This document shows, piece by piece, positions 1-11,352 of a stretch of DNA of 64,000 nt. The DNA is taken from assembly GCA_013265495.1 (NCBI GenBank), contig MU058423.1, forward strand, positions 9,409,627 through 9,473,626, written 5' to 3'. This DNA is from Vicugna vicugna (Eukaryota). The first letter of the stretch is position 1. Each line of letters begins with the position of its first letter. The notes beneath the pieces were generated by a model, which was not told where the DNA came from, did no database searches, and saw nothing but the letters and a program-made list of their open reading frames with translations. Both the position numbers and the translations under genes were made by a program.

Positions 1-1449
1 CTTCCTGTCTTTTTCTATGGGATACATGTGTTCACTTGGGTAGCGGAGAAGGAATAAGGGTGTTCAGGAGGAGCTGGCTAACATTCAAATTTAAAAAATG
101 GGAGGTTTTACATTGGGTAATGTCTTGACCATAAATAGAATGTTCATTTTTTTCCCTAAGTCTCCTGTGTCATTGTATAAAAAATGAACTTAAGATGCAA
201 AGTTTGACTGGCAAACAAAGCTCATTGTCAAAAGAGAACAGAACTTTTAAGTTTTAGCAGGTTTCCATTGTGGGGACATAACCACTCCACTCTAATTTAG
301 GAGGATAATACAAGTGTACACTTATCAAGAGGTTAGAAATTCTTCAGATAATTACATTTACAATGGATATGCCTAATTTAACTACTTAGAAAAATGGAAG
401 AGGTCCATTTCATTGTATTACTGGGAACCCAAGACTAGGTTTCTGGGTTTCAGAGGAAGAAACCTTCCTGAGCGGTGCAGTTACTACCACAGTTCTGAAG
501 CATTAGCAGGTTCCTTGATTGCTGGATTAGCTGGGACTTAACAGTTACTGCTTTTTAATGAAAATTCTTCCATTAAAACATTTAAAATTACTCTTGCTTT
601 CACACATCCAGTACCTGTGTCTGGGTAGTTTGACTTAATGTCTTTAGCCATGGTAAGTGTAGCTATTATAATTGATTTTTATCATATTTGTATTTATTGT
701 TTATAAATAAGTAGAATACAGTATTCAAGTGATAGCAAGGAATCTAAACTGGTGAGCTATCACCTTCGTAGAAAAAAGTATTATCTTCTAGTCAATGCTA
801 AAAAAGCTACATAGCTGTAAAACTTTACAGACAATGAGAATATATGGGATGCCACTATTTAGAAAATAAAAAAATAAATTTTCTAAGTTAGGGAAGATTA
901 TGTGAAGTTAAATCTTATAGATAATGTAAGACAAACTGATATTCTATTTTAAAAGGTAGAAAAATTAAGGAAATTAAGTTAATAAAATTATGAAAGTATA
1001 GAGAAACAAGATATAGCAAAGTAACAAAATATCACACTGAAAATAAAATTTGTCTTATTTTTTCTTGCAAAATTAAGGCAATTTGTTAACTTATGTAGGA
1101 AGTCTAAAACCACAGAGAAGCACACACAAAAGGCTAGCATCAGATTCTCATGGGGAGAGATCTGGTACTGACGCTCCAATGGGAGAGTGATCCAGATACA
1201 TTCACACACAGAACACACCACGACAGAAGAAGCATTTCAAGCCACTAAGGTCAGTCAATGCAATATCCGAAGAAGGGAGCACATTTTTTTCACTTTCTTT
1301 ATCTTTTGAAGTGACAATCACTTTACTTATGATGGTAATAAATCACATAAGCATTAATTAAAAAAAAAATCTTAGCATGTATTAGGCTCTGAGGTGGTCC
1401 AAAAAAGCTGAAAGCAAGAGGGTTTGGTAACAACACAAACAGAAGATTG

Positions 1450-1493
1450 TCACATGAGTAAACAGCAGTGGCAAGCCTTGCCATTTTTGTTAC
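1450..1493 (-). CDS. PALMD: Exon 7 read-through extension encoding an alternative CaaX C-terminus (GNKNGKACHCCLLM*)
   Basis: Frame stays open through the donor and ends C-H-C-C-L-L-M-TGA, the same cysteine spacing as the paralemmin-1 anchor CKCCSIM. Confidence 0.8.
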
Positions 1494-2591
1494 CTGTTAA
1501 AGATGGATCCTCAGTGCCGTCTCCTGCCATCTGAACGTCAAGCGGAGAATGGTGGACAGGGTTGCCTAAGCTTTCCTCTTGCTCTTTCAGGGATATGGAG
1601 TTTTTGTGGGGAGATTTATGGTTTGTGTTTTCACGGGGATTAACTTCTGACCTCTTTCTCGGCAGTGGTGTTGGTCTGGCAGGCTGGAAGACCTGACTAG
1701 GAGGAGGTCTGGGATGGTAGGATGGGTTCTCAGCTTCTCCTTCAGCCTCTTCCTCCTCATCGTCAATCACAACCAGCTCAGCGTGGATGATCCCGTCGTA
1801 CCCCGTCAGAAGCTTCTTCTCTTCCTCATTGTCTTCTGCCTGCTGGTACCCCATGAAAATCATGGTCACGGGCTCTGTCTCATCTATGTCAGAGGGCAGG
1901 GAGTGAACAATCTTATATCTAACATCTTCCTCATCCTCCTGGCAAGGAGGAGAAGAACCCTGGTGTTCTGACTTCCCAGAGAGGCCCTTGCTGGGACTCA
2001 GTCCTGCCTTTGGAGATGGAGCATACTGGTCCTGCATCACATTTGATTCTTCCCAAGGAGCTGTCATCCTCTTTTGTAGGCGATGGGGCATCTCCTTTGC
2101 TTGGTGAGTCATTGATCGGGGATGAGGTATTGGCTGAATGGGACTGATGTGATTGAAGCTGTTGCCCCTCTCCTCTGAAAGTCCATTGTCCATGTTGTGT
2201 ATGGACCCATTCATATCATTACTCAGTCCATTAGCTTTAATCTTAATCCTTTCTTGGAAGTTTGGTCCAGGAGTTACCTTCTCTCTCTGTGGAGTCGTCG
2301 GTCTGCAAAATGGATTGGCATACACAGGCTCATGGTACTCTGTTGGGGATTTAGAATTTCTCTCTGAAGCTTGTCTTAGAAGTTCCTCTACTTCGACTGG
2401 TGCCAGGCCATTGGTGCCGTTGTAGGCTGCGCCGTGGTTAGAGCTTACTGCATATACTGACTTCTGCCCGTCGTCATAAACTTTTATCCCTGTACCTTTA
2501 AAGTCATCTGATGGGAGAGGTATTGAAGACAGGACTGTACTTTCTCCAGTTTTCAAGTCTTTTTCAACTTTGATTTCCATGGCATACAAAG
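1494..2591 (-). CDS. PALMD: Exon 7, 1098 nt (ALYAMEIKVEKDLKTGE...PVTMIFMGYQ...EDPSLT)
   Basis: Body of ORF 1450..2589; acceptor TCTCTCAACAG; donor ACAG|GTAACA with GT at 1493-1492; paralemmin-family motif PVTMIFMGYQ at 1872-1843. Confidence 0.97.
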
Positions 2592-2974
2592 CTGTTGAGA
2601 GACAAATTCGATCCTTGATTTAGTCAACTTTTTCTCTTGTAAAGTGTCTTGCCTTCAGTGTTTATTTTTATATTAAGTATATACCCTTGATGGTCTTTTA
2701 TGAGATGTCTTTTTTCTTAATTTCAGATTTTACTCATTAATTATATAATGACTAATGCTTTAATGACATGAGTTTTTTTTGTAAGGATGTATGAAATTAC
2801 TGAAAAACTCCAGTAGGAAGGACTGAAGAAGAGAAACTGATTGGAGAAGAGAAACAGATGGTTCCTAACAGTACAGATTTTCATTGGGGAACCAAAAGAT
2901 ATCTTCTTTCTAATTAATAAATCTAACACAACAGATTTGTACTTTTTTACCTTGCTGAGGGGGAGGAGTCAGAT

Positions 2975-3111
2975 CTTTTATTTTATTTATTTATTTAGGG
3001 GGTAGGTAAGTAGGTTTATTTATTTATCTATTCTTGGAGGAGGTAGTGGGGACTGAACTCAGGACTTCTGCATACTGAGCACACACTCTGCCACTGAGCT
3101 ATACCGTCCCC
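2975..3111 (-). mobile_element. Vic-1-like tRNA-Ala-derived SINE, long form, in intron 6
   Basis: Minus strand reads GGGGACGGTATAGCTCAGTGGCAGAG...GAGTTCAGTCCCCACTACCTCC (A and B boxes), then an AAAT-rich tail; no clear TSD. Confidence 0.85.
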
Positions 3112-3709
3112 ACTAGGTTGTTTTATCAGGAGGACTATGTCGTTCTGTGCATGACCACAGGCAAAAGGCCTGTACATTCTACTACGTTGCATCCTTGCTG
3201 CACAGGCTAGCAGCCTGCTGAAATTAGAAAGGAGTGCTCTAAAGTTTTCACAACTGGGACGTTGTTTAAATGTGGAACTGGTATTGAAGAGGGAAGGAGA
3301 AGTCTAGAATCACATGCTTCTCCTTTGGCCTTGTTTCTTTTCATTTTCACTCCCATTTTCAAGGAGAAGAAGGGCTAAGAATAGAGCGATATCAGCTGCA
3401 TTGAAACAGCTGACCTGGGGAGAACTGGTTGACTTCGGGGAAGCTGAGCTCTGCTTCTCGGCCCTGGCAGGCTCCTTACGGCTGGGATTTTAACTGGCAG
3501 GGTAAAGCTGATGAGACTCTGGGCAAAATTACAACGTGGCACTGCTTGGTCTACTGTGTCCCCCTGCCTTCCTCTTTGAATGCATCTGGCATTCCATCCT
3601 TCTCCACAGCCCAGTGCTTCTTGGCCTTTGCCGGCTACCCAGCTAAAACTGCAGCACACTCACCCACACTCGCCCTATCAGCCTTCTCTGCTTTATTCTT
3701 CTCTTCAGC

Positions 3710-3895
3710 ATTTTCATTTCCTACCATGATGTATTTTATTTATTTACCTAATTTTTAATCTATTTTCTCCCTTAAACTGGCAACCCTGTGAGGGCAGAGA
3801 TTTTTGCTATTTTATTGACTACTGTATTCTTAATGTGAGAACTGAGCTTGGCCAAGAGTAGGGCTTCACTGAGTATTTGTTGAATGAATAAATGA
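3710..3895 (+). mobile_element. L2 3' terminal fragment
   Basis: GTGAGGGCAGAGATTTTTG...GAGTATTTGTTGAATGAATAAATGA. Confidence 0.7.
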
Positions 3896-4395
3896 CTGCT
3901 CCGTTAGATTAAGTATAGCTTCTCTTTTCACTCTGAAATTCAAAGGTTTCCTCTCTGCCCCTGTGCAAGCCTTCATTTTCCCAGGGGCTTTGAAGTGTTA
4001 GTTTTATGAAAATCATTCCCACATGGGGGTAAATAATGCGTGGATTTCTCAAAGGGAATATTTTAATTTCATTCATTTCATTTCTTTTTATTCTAGTGTC
4101 TACTACATGGAATATTTTGAGAGAGATGTTTTTGAGCAGGGGGCTTTGCTTTAAGAGCGTCTCATCTTCTTGAGGATTTTATCTTCCCTGTCCTTGCCTA
4201 GTTTGCTGGGGAATAAAATGCATGGAATGAATATTGTAACCCCATTATCTCTACTTGTGCAAGTGACTCACGTACCTCATGGAACTTTGCAGACCATTGA
4301 GTACCCTGGATAAGATGCCATAGCAAGTTGCTAACATTTGATATTGTAAAATCTGAATTTGAGCACCTACCACTGAAGACAGAATTTTCATTTAC

Positions 4396-4509
4396 CTTTT
4401 CTGTCTTGTTCATCATCTTCTATTCCTTCATTTCTTTCCTTCCTTAATCTGGAAGGTACGTAGGATTTTGGAAGGTCAGGGATATTAGCATAGATGTCTG
4501 CAATTGACT
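4396..4509 (-). CDS. PALMD: Exon 6, 114 nt (ESIADIYANIPDLPKSYVPSRLRKERNEGIEDDEQDRK)
   Basis: Acceptor TTTTACAG, donor AAG|GTAAAT, phase 1-1. Confidence 0.97.
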
Positions 4510-4630
4510 CTGTAAAATTAATATTTATTCAAAATACATTTAGAACATATTTACAACAATGGGAAAAATTTCAGTGGACTTAGCCAAAAGTATCTTAGTT
4601 AGACATTGCACAGATTGCTCAAAAACATAC

Positions 4631-4664
4631 CTTCTGTTGTTTCTTCCCTTTCCACTTTCACCGA
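4631..4664 (-). CDS. PALMD: Exon 5, 34 nt (SVKVEREETTE)
   Basis: Acceptor TTTTTTCTTACAG, donor AAG|GTATGT; needed to keep the frame between exons 4 and 6. Confidence 0.95.
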
Positions 4665-4812
4665 CTGTAAGAAAAAAGAATTCTCCATGATAATACAGCT
4701 TAAAAAATAAATTCAATTATTTGAAGAATTATATGCCATGTGGCATATAATGTGGACTAATTTTGGGAAAATTAGTTTTAAAATTATGGTTTTAAACTTG
4801 GCTAATGCTCAC

Positions 4813-4927
4813 CCTTATTATGTCTTCTGTTGTCCTCTCAACTGATTTTAGTTTCTTTAAAATTGCCTCTTCATGGGTTGAGATTTGCAGTTCAGCCTTT
4901 TCGAGATCTTGGATCTCTTTCTCAAGT
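4813..4927 (-). CDS. PALMD: Exon 4, 115 nt (LEKEIQDLEKAELQISTHEEAILKKLKSVERTTEDIIR)
   Basis: Acceptor TTTTGTTGTCAG, donor AGG|GTGAGC; phase 2 entry fits exon 3. Confidence 0.97.
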
Positions 4928-6239
4928 CTGACAACAAAAAGATACACATTTTATTGCTGAAGACAGTACAAGTACAGAGCTCTCAAATATACCTTCCTCA
5001 TACATAAACTTTCCTTGGAATATTGCCTGTAAGTGTCCAGATACTTTCTAAGAACGGAGCATCACACCAAACATTACATGAAGTACATGGCAGATTCCTA
5101 ATAACTGACTTTGACTTAATCATTTTTGATGGAAGTTTTTTTATTTTTTATTTTTGACAAAGGGAATTCTTAGGTAAAGTGTTTGACCATTGGTCCCATT
5201 TTCTTCATTGCAATGACTAATGTTACTTCCAAATGAGATAGAGAAATTTCTTTTATAAAGAGACTTAAGTTTAAGCTTAGACCAAAAGAAATGGTCCATC
5301 TGTTGTTATTCGGTAGATTGCCAATTTTTCTTACACAAGTTTCCATATAAATAATTTGGAGGAAACATATATTTATTTTTCTAGCCAAGCAACACTGTAT
5401 AACATTATAATTATTAGACTTGATTTAAAAGTCATTGCTATTTAACACTTAAAATCCCAGCATATCCTAGCGTTGCAAATGACAACTTCATTTAAATTTC
5501 ACGGTTTCCTAAAAGTTGTGCCATATTATAGTGAGTAGAGTGCAGAGGTGAGAAATGGACAAAAGCTAGTCCAGTGGCCTCAGCTGCTGCTGTTACAGAG
5601 ATGATATTTCCATTTGTCAGGCCACTTCTCACATGGCCTGACAAAAGTGTAAGGGAGCTGACTTGTAGGGACAGAAACAGACATTTGAAACTGGACTGTC
5701 GCAAACATTCTGAGCTGGTATCTTGACCATTGTAGAGCTGCGTGTCAGATTCAAGTTAATTCCAGTGTGTGGCATTGTGACCTCTATCCTGTACAAAAAC
5801 ACACAGCCACTGGCACCCACCCAGTTAGTAAGGCTGGCCCTTGGCAGCCATGACGCGCATGTAGTTTCTCAGCCAAATACTCTGAGCTCTAAAATCAGCT
5901 GCCTCGGAGGATGGCTGCTTAGATACGGCAGCTTGTTCAGGAGATTAGTGTCAGCTAAGATAACTGTCAGCTTTCTTGACTTCCTTCTTTAAGATGGTCA
6001 TGTATCTGGCAGCTCAGAATTCCTGTGCTGTCGTCACACCAATAAAAGCCCAAGATACGGTCAGACAGACCATTCTCCTATTCGTTGCTTTTGTTTAAAA
6101 ATTCTGACTTTCCTGCTACCTCTACCTTCCTTTGAGGAGCCACTGGGAATCCTGGGCAGGGGAGAAGTATGCTGGGACAGGAACCTTAAACACGTCCGTT
6201 GGCCGCTGTGCTGAGAATAGACTGGATGGGGCAAACATG

Positions 6240-6700
6240 GAGGTCGTGGTTGTTGCAATAATTCAGATGAAATGGCTTAATCCAGGGTGTTCGCTGGTAC
6301 AAGGGTGAGAAGTGACTGGACTGTGGAACTATTTCAGAGGAAGAGCTGCCAGGAGTTGTTGATAGATTACATACAAGGTGTGAGAAAAAGAGATGTTAAG
6401 GGTGATTCCAGGGTTTGTGACCTGAATAAGTGGAAAAGTGTGAATGCAATTGGCCAAACAGTAATCCGGGAAGGAGAAGAAATGAGACTGATGGCGGATG
6501 TGTTATACCTGAGATGGTCAGATGGCGATATGGAGAAGACAGTGTGTAAGATGTAAAAGCTGGGGGCTCAGTGAAGTTTGGGTTTGAAGTTATAAATTTG
6601 GGAGTAAAATTTATAGCTATAGGAATGAAAAAGATTTCCTAGAAAGACAAGGATTCCAAGGAATGAGTCCTGGGGCAGTTAAACACCTAGAGGTCTGGGC
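6240..6700 (-). mobile_element. L2 LINE fragment
   Basis: AGGGTGATTCCAGGGTTTGTGACCTGA, TATAAATTTGGGAGT. Confidence 0.6.
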
Positions 6701-7618
6701 AATGCTAACTATTTCATAGGGCTTAATAAGGAATAAAAGAAATAGTGAGAACTTGGCAAATGCTAGTTTCCTCCTGTTTCTGCCCCTGCCTATTTCTGGG
6801 GACCAAAGATAGAGCTCTTGGTCTTCCTGGGCAATTGCAGCTCAGGGAGTTTGACATGCACTGGTATTTGTAGCTGTTTTCCTCTGTAGAGGGGCCCGTG
6901 GGTGATGTACTGTCATGTAATTCTTAAGAATGTCTTTAATATGGTAAGAATATGAGGTTGCAACCCTGCTAACCCTCTCAGAGTATCTACTAATGAATGT
7001 TTTTGAAGGTTTTCAAGTCCTTGGTGAAAGCTACATGAATATGAGGCTGCAGTCAAATGACACATCACGATGTGTTTGTGAAAATCAAATAGAAGCTCAG
7101 GCACACCCACTTTATGTTTTTTATCACTTCATTACAACCAGCTCTCCGTTAAGTAGGATAATAAGGAAGCATCTTGGTGCCAATTACTTTGAATCACAAA
7201 GTTCTGCCAGGAGATGCTCACTGACATAGAGCATTTCTGAAAATTCTCACTTTAATATTCTATTTTTTTATATTGATTTATGGACGACATAAATACTGTT
7301 AAGAGATAAATGTTAGAGTTTTTTTTTTTTTTGCTCTGAAAAAGCTTTCTAAAAGATGAGAATGTCAGTGGAGGTGATGGGAAACAAAGGAAACAATAAC
7401 TGAGAGTAAGGAGCTGGCTTCTCTCCAGCCTCCACCCCCCACCCCCACCCAAGGTCAGAGCTCAGAGGGGCAGGCGCTGTGGTGGCCCAGCAGGAGATGA
7501 GCAGGTCTGACAGCCTCCCACCAGATGATGCGCCAAGTGTTTGAGAAATGACGATTCTTAAGGCGCATAAGACAAAAATCACAACTAGGAGGCAGGTGCT
7601 GTCTTTGTGTGTCTAGTG

Positions 7619-7827
7619 CAGCGGCCTCAGCTGAGGGCAGTGTCCTCCCTGAGGTCACCTGGTAATGTCTGGAGATGTTTTGGGCTGGCACAACCTGAGA
7701 AGTGCTGCTGGCATCTAGCGGGGAGAGGCTGGGGATTCTGCCAACCGTCCTGTAATGCACAGCCCCCCACAGCAAAGGCCTCTCTGGTTCCGAGTGTCAG
7801 AGGAAACCCCGAGGTGGAGAAACCCTG
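7619..7827 (+). mobile_element. MER20 (hAT-Charlie) non-autonomous DNA transposon
   Basis: GGTAATGTCTGGAGATGTTTT...TGCTGCTGGCATCTAG...GAGGTGGAGAAACCCTG matches the recalled MER20 consensus end to end. Confidence 0.85.
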
Positions 7828-8250
7828 GGCACCTGGAACAACGCCTGGTAGAGTATAGGTGCTTGATACATGCTTTATAAAGGATTTTTAAATGTCCATC
7901 TCTGGGATGCTGTTTACTTTTCCTCATTATTTCTCTCTTCCATGTAGCCGTAATATAGAATCTAAACTTATTATTTGTTGACTAGGATTTGATCATCCTG
8001 CTTTAATTTAAAGTTATCATTTGGGTTAACTTGCTTTTCAAGTCTCTCTCTCTGTTTCTATATCCATCAAATCTATCTGTCTGTCTATATTTGTTTCTTT
8101 CTTTCCTGGCTCAGTGACTATTCATAGAGGATACTTAACCCTGATTTAAAGCTCCAAAAATGCAGGGCTTAAATTAGGGCCTCATATCTAAGTCTTTTCC
8201 TAAGGCTTTGCATGGAGAGAATTTAGCAAGTGTAAGTGAAGAACTGGAGG

Positions 8251-8390
8251 AATATATATGTATCTCTGTGTGTGTGTGTAGGTAATTCATATACATACGT
8301 ATATATGTGTATGTGTGTATTTTTGTGTATGCATATGTAAAATTTCAGTTTTACATATATAAGTAGAAATTCATGTGTATGTATACTTGT
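8251..8390. repeat. Degenerate TA/TG low-complexity repeat
   Basis: Alternating purine-pyrimidine runs such as ATATATATGTA and TGTGTGTGTGTG. Confidence 0.7.
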
Positions 8391-9159
8391 GAACGTAAAT
8401 CTAATTTTTTTTAACATAGAAAGCTTTGGGTAGGTCGTTGTGGAATAACTCTCTAACCTTCACCTGCTTATCTCTCAGCTAATGGGTTAGAATTTCCATA
8501 AATGCTGCCATCCCCATCTTTAGAGGTATTACCTTTCCGAATGGGAATTGAGCTCCTAGAAATGCTGATTCAGTTGGGTGAGAAACGGGCAGCAGAGAAA
8601 GAGAAATATCCTTCCCAGTGCCTCCTGGGCTGTTAGGCGGGGCCTGATGGATGAGTTAGGACCTCTCTCAATTTCTGAGAGATGGTGGGCAGGCGTCATG
8701 TGCCAATTTAGATAAGCAGAGTACATGAAAAAGGATTTGTAATGCTATCCATTATTGGAGTCTTTCTTCTCCTTGCCTATTTGCTGGAGAAAAAGAGGGT
8801 TATTTTCAAGAGCTCCCTAGGTAAAGCGAGTAGCTTTCATTTCATGCACTGTTCTAGTAATAACTTTCCTTAATCATCACGAGATAATGTCCCCAGTCCA
8901 ATTCCAACACACAATTTTTTTTGTCTTAGAAAAAGGACAGCACAGAAATGCCAGATGCTCCAGAAAAGGGTTATTTCAGAAGGCAATTTTTCTGCTGCTA
9001 AGGGTCCATTTATCTCTTCCAGTTTTTGGTGGCGTTAACAGGGACTAACATCCTAATGGAGTTTGCTATTAAAGGCCAAAACAATGGGAATTCAGGAGAA
9101 AAAAATTCAGAAGTTCGTGCCCTACCTTATAGCACTTCACTTGCTAGCAATTAAAAAAT

Positions 9160-9365
9160 CACTTAAAATGTACTGAGTATTTACACTCTGCCAGGCACCA
9201 GTCCTCACCGCATCCCCTGTGAGTCGTGTTACTAGTTCCATTTGACAGATGAGCAGACTGGGCACCTAGACAGGCAGCTGGCCCAGAGGCTTGCAGGCCG
9301 CCTGTGGCAGGACGGAGCTTGAAATCGAGCCTCTGCCCACAGAGCCTGAGCTCTTAACTCCTTAC
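9160..9365 (-). mobile_element. MIR SINE
   Basis: Reverse MIR core CCATTTGACAGATGAGCAGACTG...AGAGCCTGAGCTCTTAAC. Confidence 0.7.
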
Positions 9366-10850
9366 TAATTAGCCACCGTGGGAGTAAAACCTTTAAAAAT
9401 GGGTTCTCGTGAACTTACACACAGCATTCACTTGCTCAGCAGCACAAAAGGGTTTTTTTTACTTTCTGCGATAATAAAGTGAAGAGTGAACTGCTGGCTG
9501 GGGTCTACCGACGTGTGGCAGTGCTGACTCCTGACCTGCGGAGGTGGTCCCTCCCTCCTGATCTTCATGAGGGTGTTTGTTGCTGTGCTGAGAATTTCTC
9601 CGCTTGGTGGCCCAGGCAGTCTGACTAGGAAGTAGTCCACGCTTTGTCGCTTTTCTCCTTGGCTACTTGAGTTTGGTTTTTGGTAGGAGTTCTTAGGAGA
9701 GCTTTTTCCCGAAAAGTCTGAGGTTTCCTAAGCCAGGGCTTCTTTACAGAGAGACTGTCTCTGCTTGGGCATAAGATTACTGGTCAAAGTAATGGAAGAT
9801 TTAGGTCTTACACAGAAAGCTGGTTATGCAGTTAGATTGTGATACTGCAGTTTGAATGCCATCACCAATGCTATGTTTGAAATTAAGTTTATGACTGGCT
9901 TTAGCTGTATACTTTGAAAGGACTGACAAATTACTTGTGTCTCGGTAGCTCAAGCTCTCTTGTTAAAAGCCAGGACCACACCCAAAGAGAGGGCCCAATG
10001 GCCACTTCTCTGGGATGGGCTGAGTCAGCATGTCTTAGACCCAGGCTGTGCCACTACTGATGTACCTCTGAGACCAGCTGATGGCAGCACTAGGACCACC
10101 TCACCAACCCCACCCCAAGCTGGGATCCCCAAGAAGGATCCAGTTTCTTGTCAGACTCCCAGGCTACCAGATGTGTTTACCTCCAACAGGTACTGAATTC
10201 AGCATGGAGTGGTGAGCAATTGTAACCCTTGACTCTTTCCTTGAGCCAGAGATTCTCTTTCCTTTCTTCCTCACTGAATCTTGGGAGAACAGGAGGTGGC
10301 TAGTGGCTTATCTATGTTTTGTGAGTTTTTGTGTGAAGGTCCATTTTTCATTCCCCAGCTCCACCCATGGGAACAGAAAGTGAGGACATATCAAAGCTAA
10401 CACACTTGGCTTAATTATTGAATCCCTCCGAGCTTCAGTTTTCTCATTTGGGGAGTAATAGTACTCACAAAGTGTTGTCTTAAGGAGGTAAATGAGATAG
10501 TGTTTGTAAGCATCTAGCACAAGGCTTGACATAGAGGAATTCCTCAATAACGATTAGTTACCCCTTTCTCTTCCTCAGTCTACCAGGGAGGGAAGGGCCA
10601 TCTCTGGTGAAAGAGAAAACCTACCAGGTCCATTTTCGGATTTGATCTTTAACTTTAATATCAATGATTTTAGAGCAAGCATGGTGCTAATATAGTTTCA
10701 GGGACACACCTGTCCTTGAAAATACTGTTCCAGACAGAAAATGAAAACAATGATCCAGCATTATCAGAGGTTTCATAATAGTTATGAGGATAGTGTCTAT
10801 TTAATAAATGCTGTTTAATAGATGATGTCTATTTAATAAATAAAAGAATA

Positions 10851-11352
10851 TGTTAGTCTGTTTTGACAACCTGCAATTTCCCCTCAAATCCATTCCTCCT
10901 ATGTTTTTAGTAATAGAACTCCCCGAGTTTTATGTCTCCCTGCTGCCCTGCTACAGACTACATTTCCCAGTCTCCTCTGCATTTAAATGATGTCATGTGA
11001 CTAAATTCTGGCCAATAGGATATTAGCAGGAGTTAACTCTGGTATTTTCAGGTCATATCCTTTAAATAGCACTGTTTGCCCTCTGTTTATCTTCCCCTTC
11101 CTAAGCTGGAATGCAGATGTGGTGAACTGCCTTTGATTATACAACCAAGGGGACCCCTCAGCGAGTAGGAAAGCAATAAGACAGAAAGAAACAGGGTCTC
11201 TTGATCGTCTCATGTAAAGTTGCTGCTCCCCTCCCTTGAATTTCTCCCAGCTAGGATTGTTATGTGTAGGAGGAAAGCGAACCTTTATAACCTTGTTTAA
11301 GCTACTGTTCTTCTGGAGTCTTTTAAAGCAGCAAAACCAGTGTGCTAATTAT
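10851..11352 (+). mobile_element. MLT1 (MaLR) solo LTR, MLT1I/J-like
   Basis: Characteristic ACTACATTTCCCAG...CATGTGACTAAATTCTGGCCAAT...GCTGGAATGCAGATGTG...CTTGTTTAAGCTACTGTT. Confidence 0.8.

Noticed and set aside
1..1449. Canonical terminal PALMD exon (…MAKLGKKVI)
   Set aside because: Searched by eye and not found; it should lie left of the window
1311..1453. 9-bp inverted repeat GTGACAATC / GATTGTCAC overlapping the read-through stop, and a miR-219-type seed match
   Set aside because: Too short to exceed chance; the sense-strand seed match overlaps the stop codon, where sites are generally ineffective
1714..2425. Plus-strand ORFs of 85 and 90 aa
   Set aside because: Antisense shadows of exon 7 with no independent coding signal
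2587..2589. Start of the 379-aa ORF as a translation start
   Set aside because: It is an internal TTG (Leu) two bases into exon 7, just after a splice acceptor
3035..3111. tRNA-Ala gene (and similar heads near 54550, 54800, 56515, 63570)
   Set aside because: Degenerate stems, A-rich tails and, in several copies, TSDs show these are SINEs
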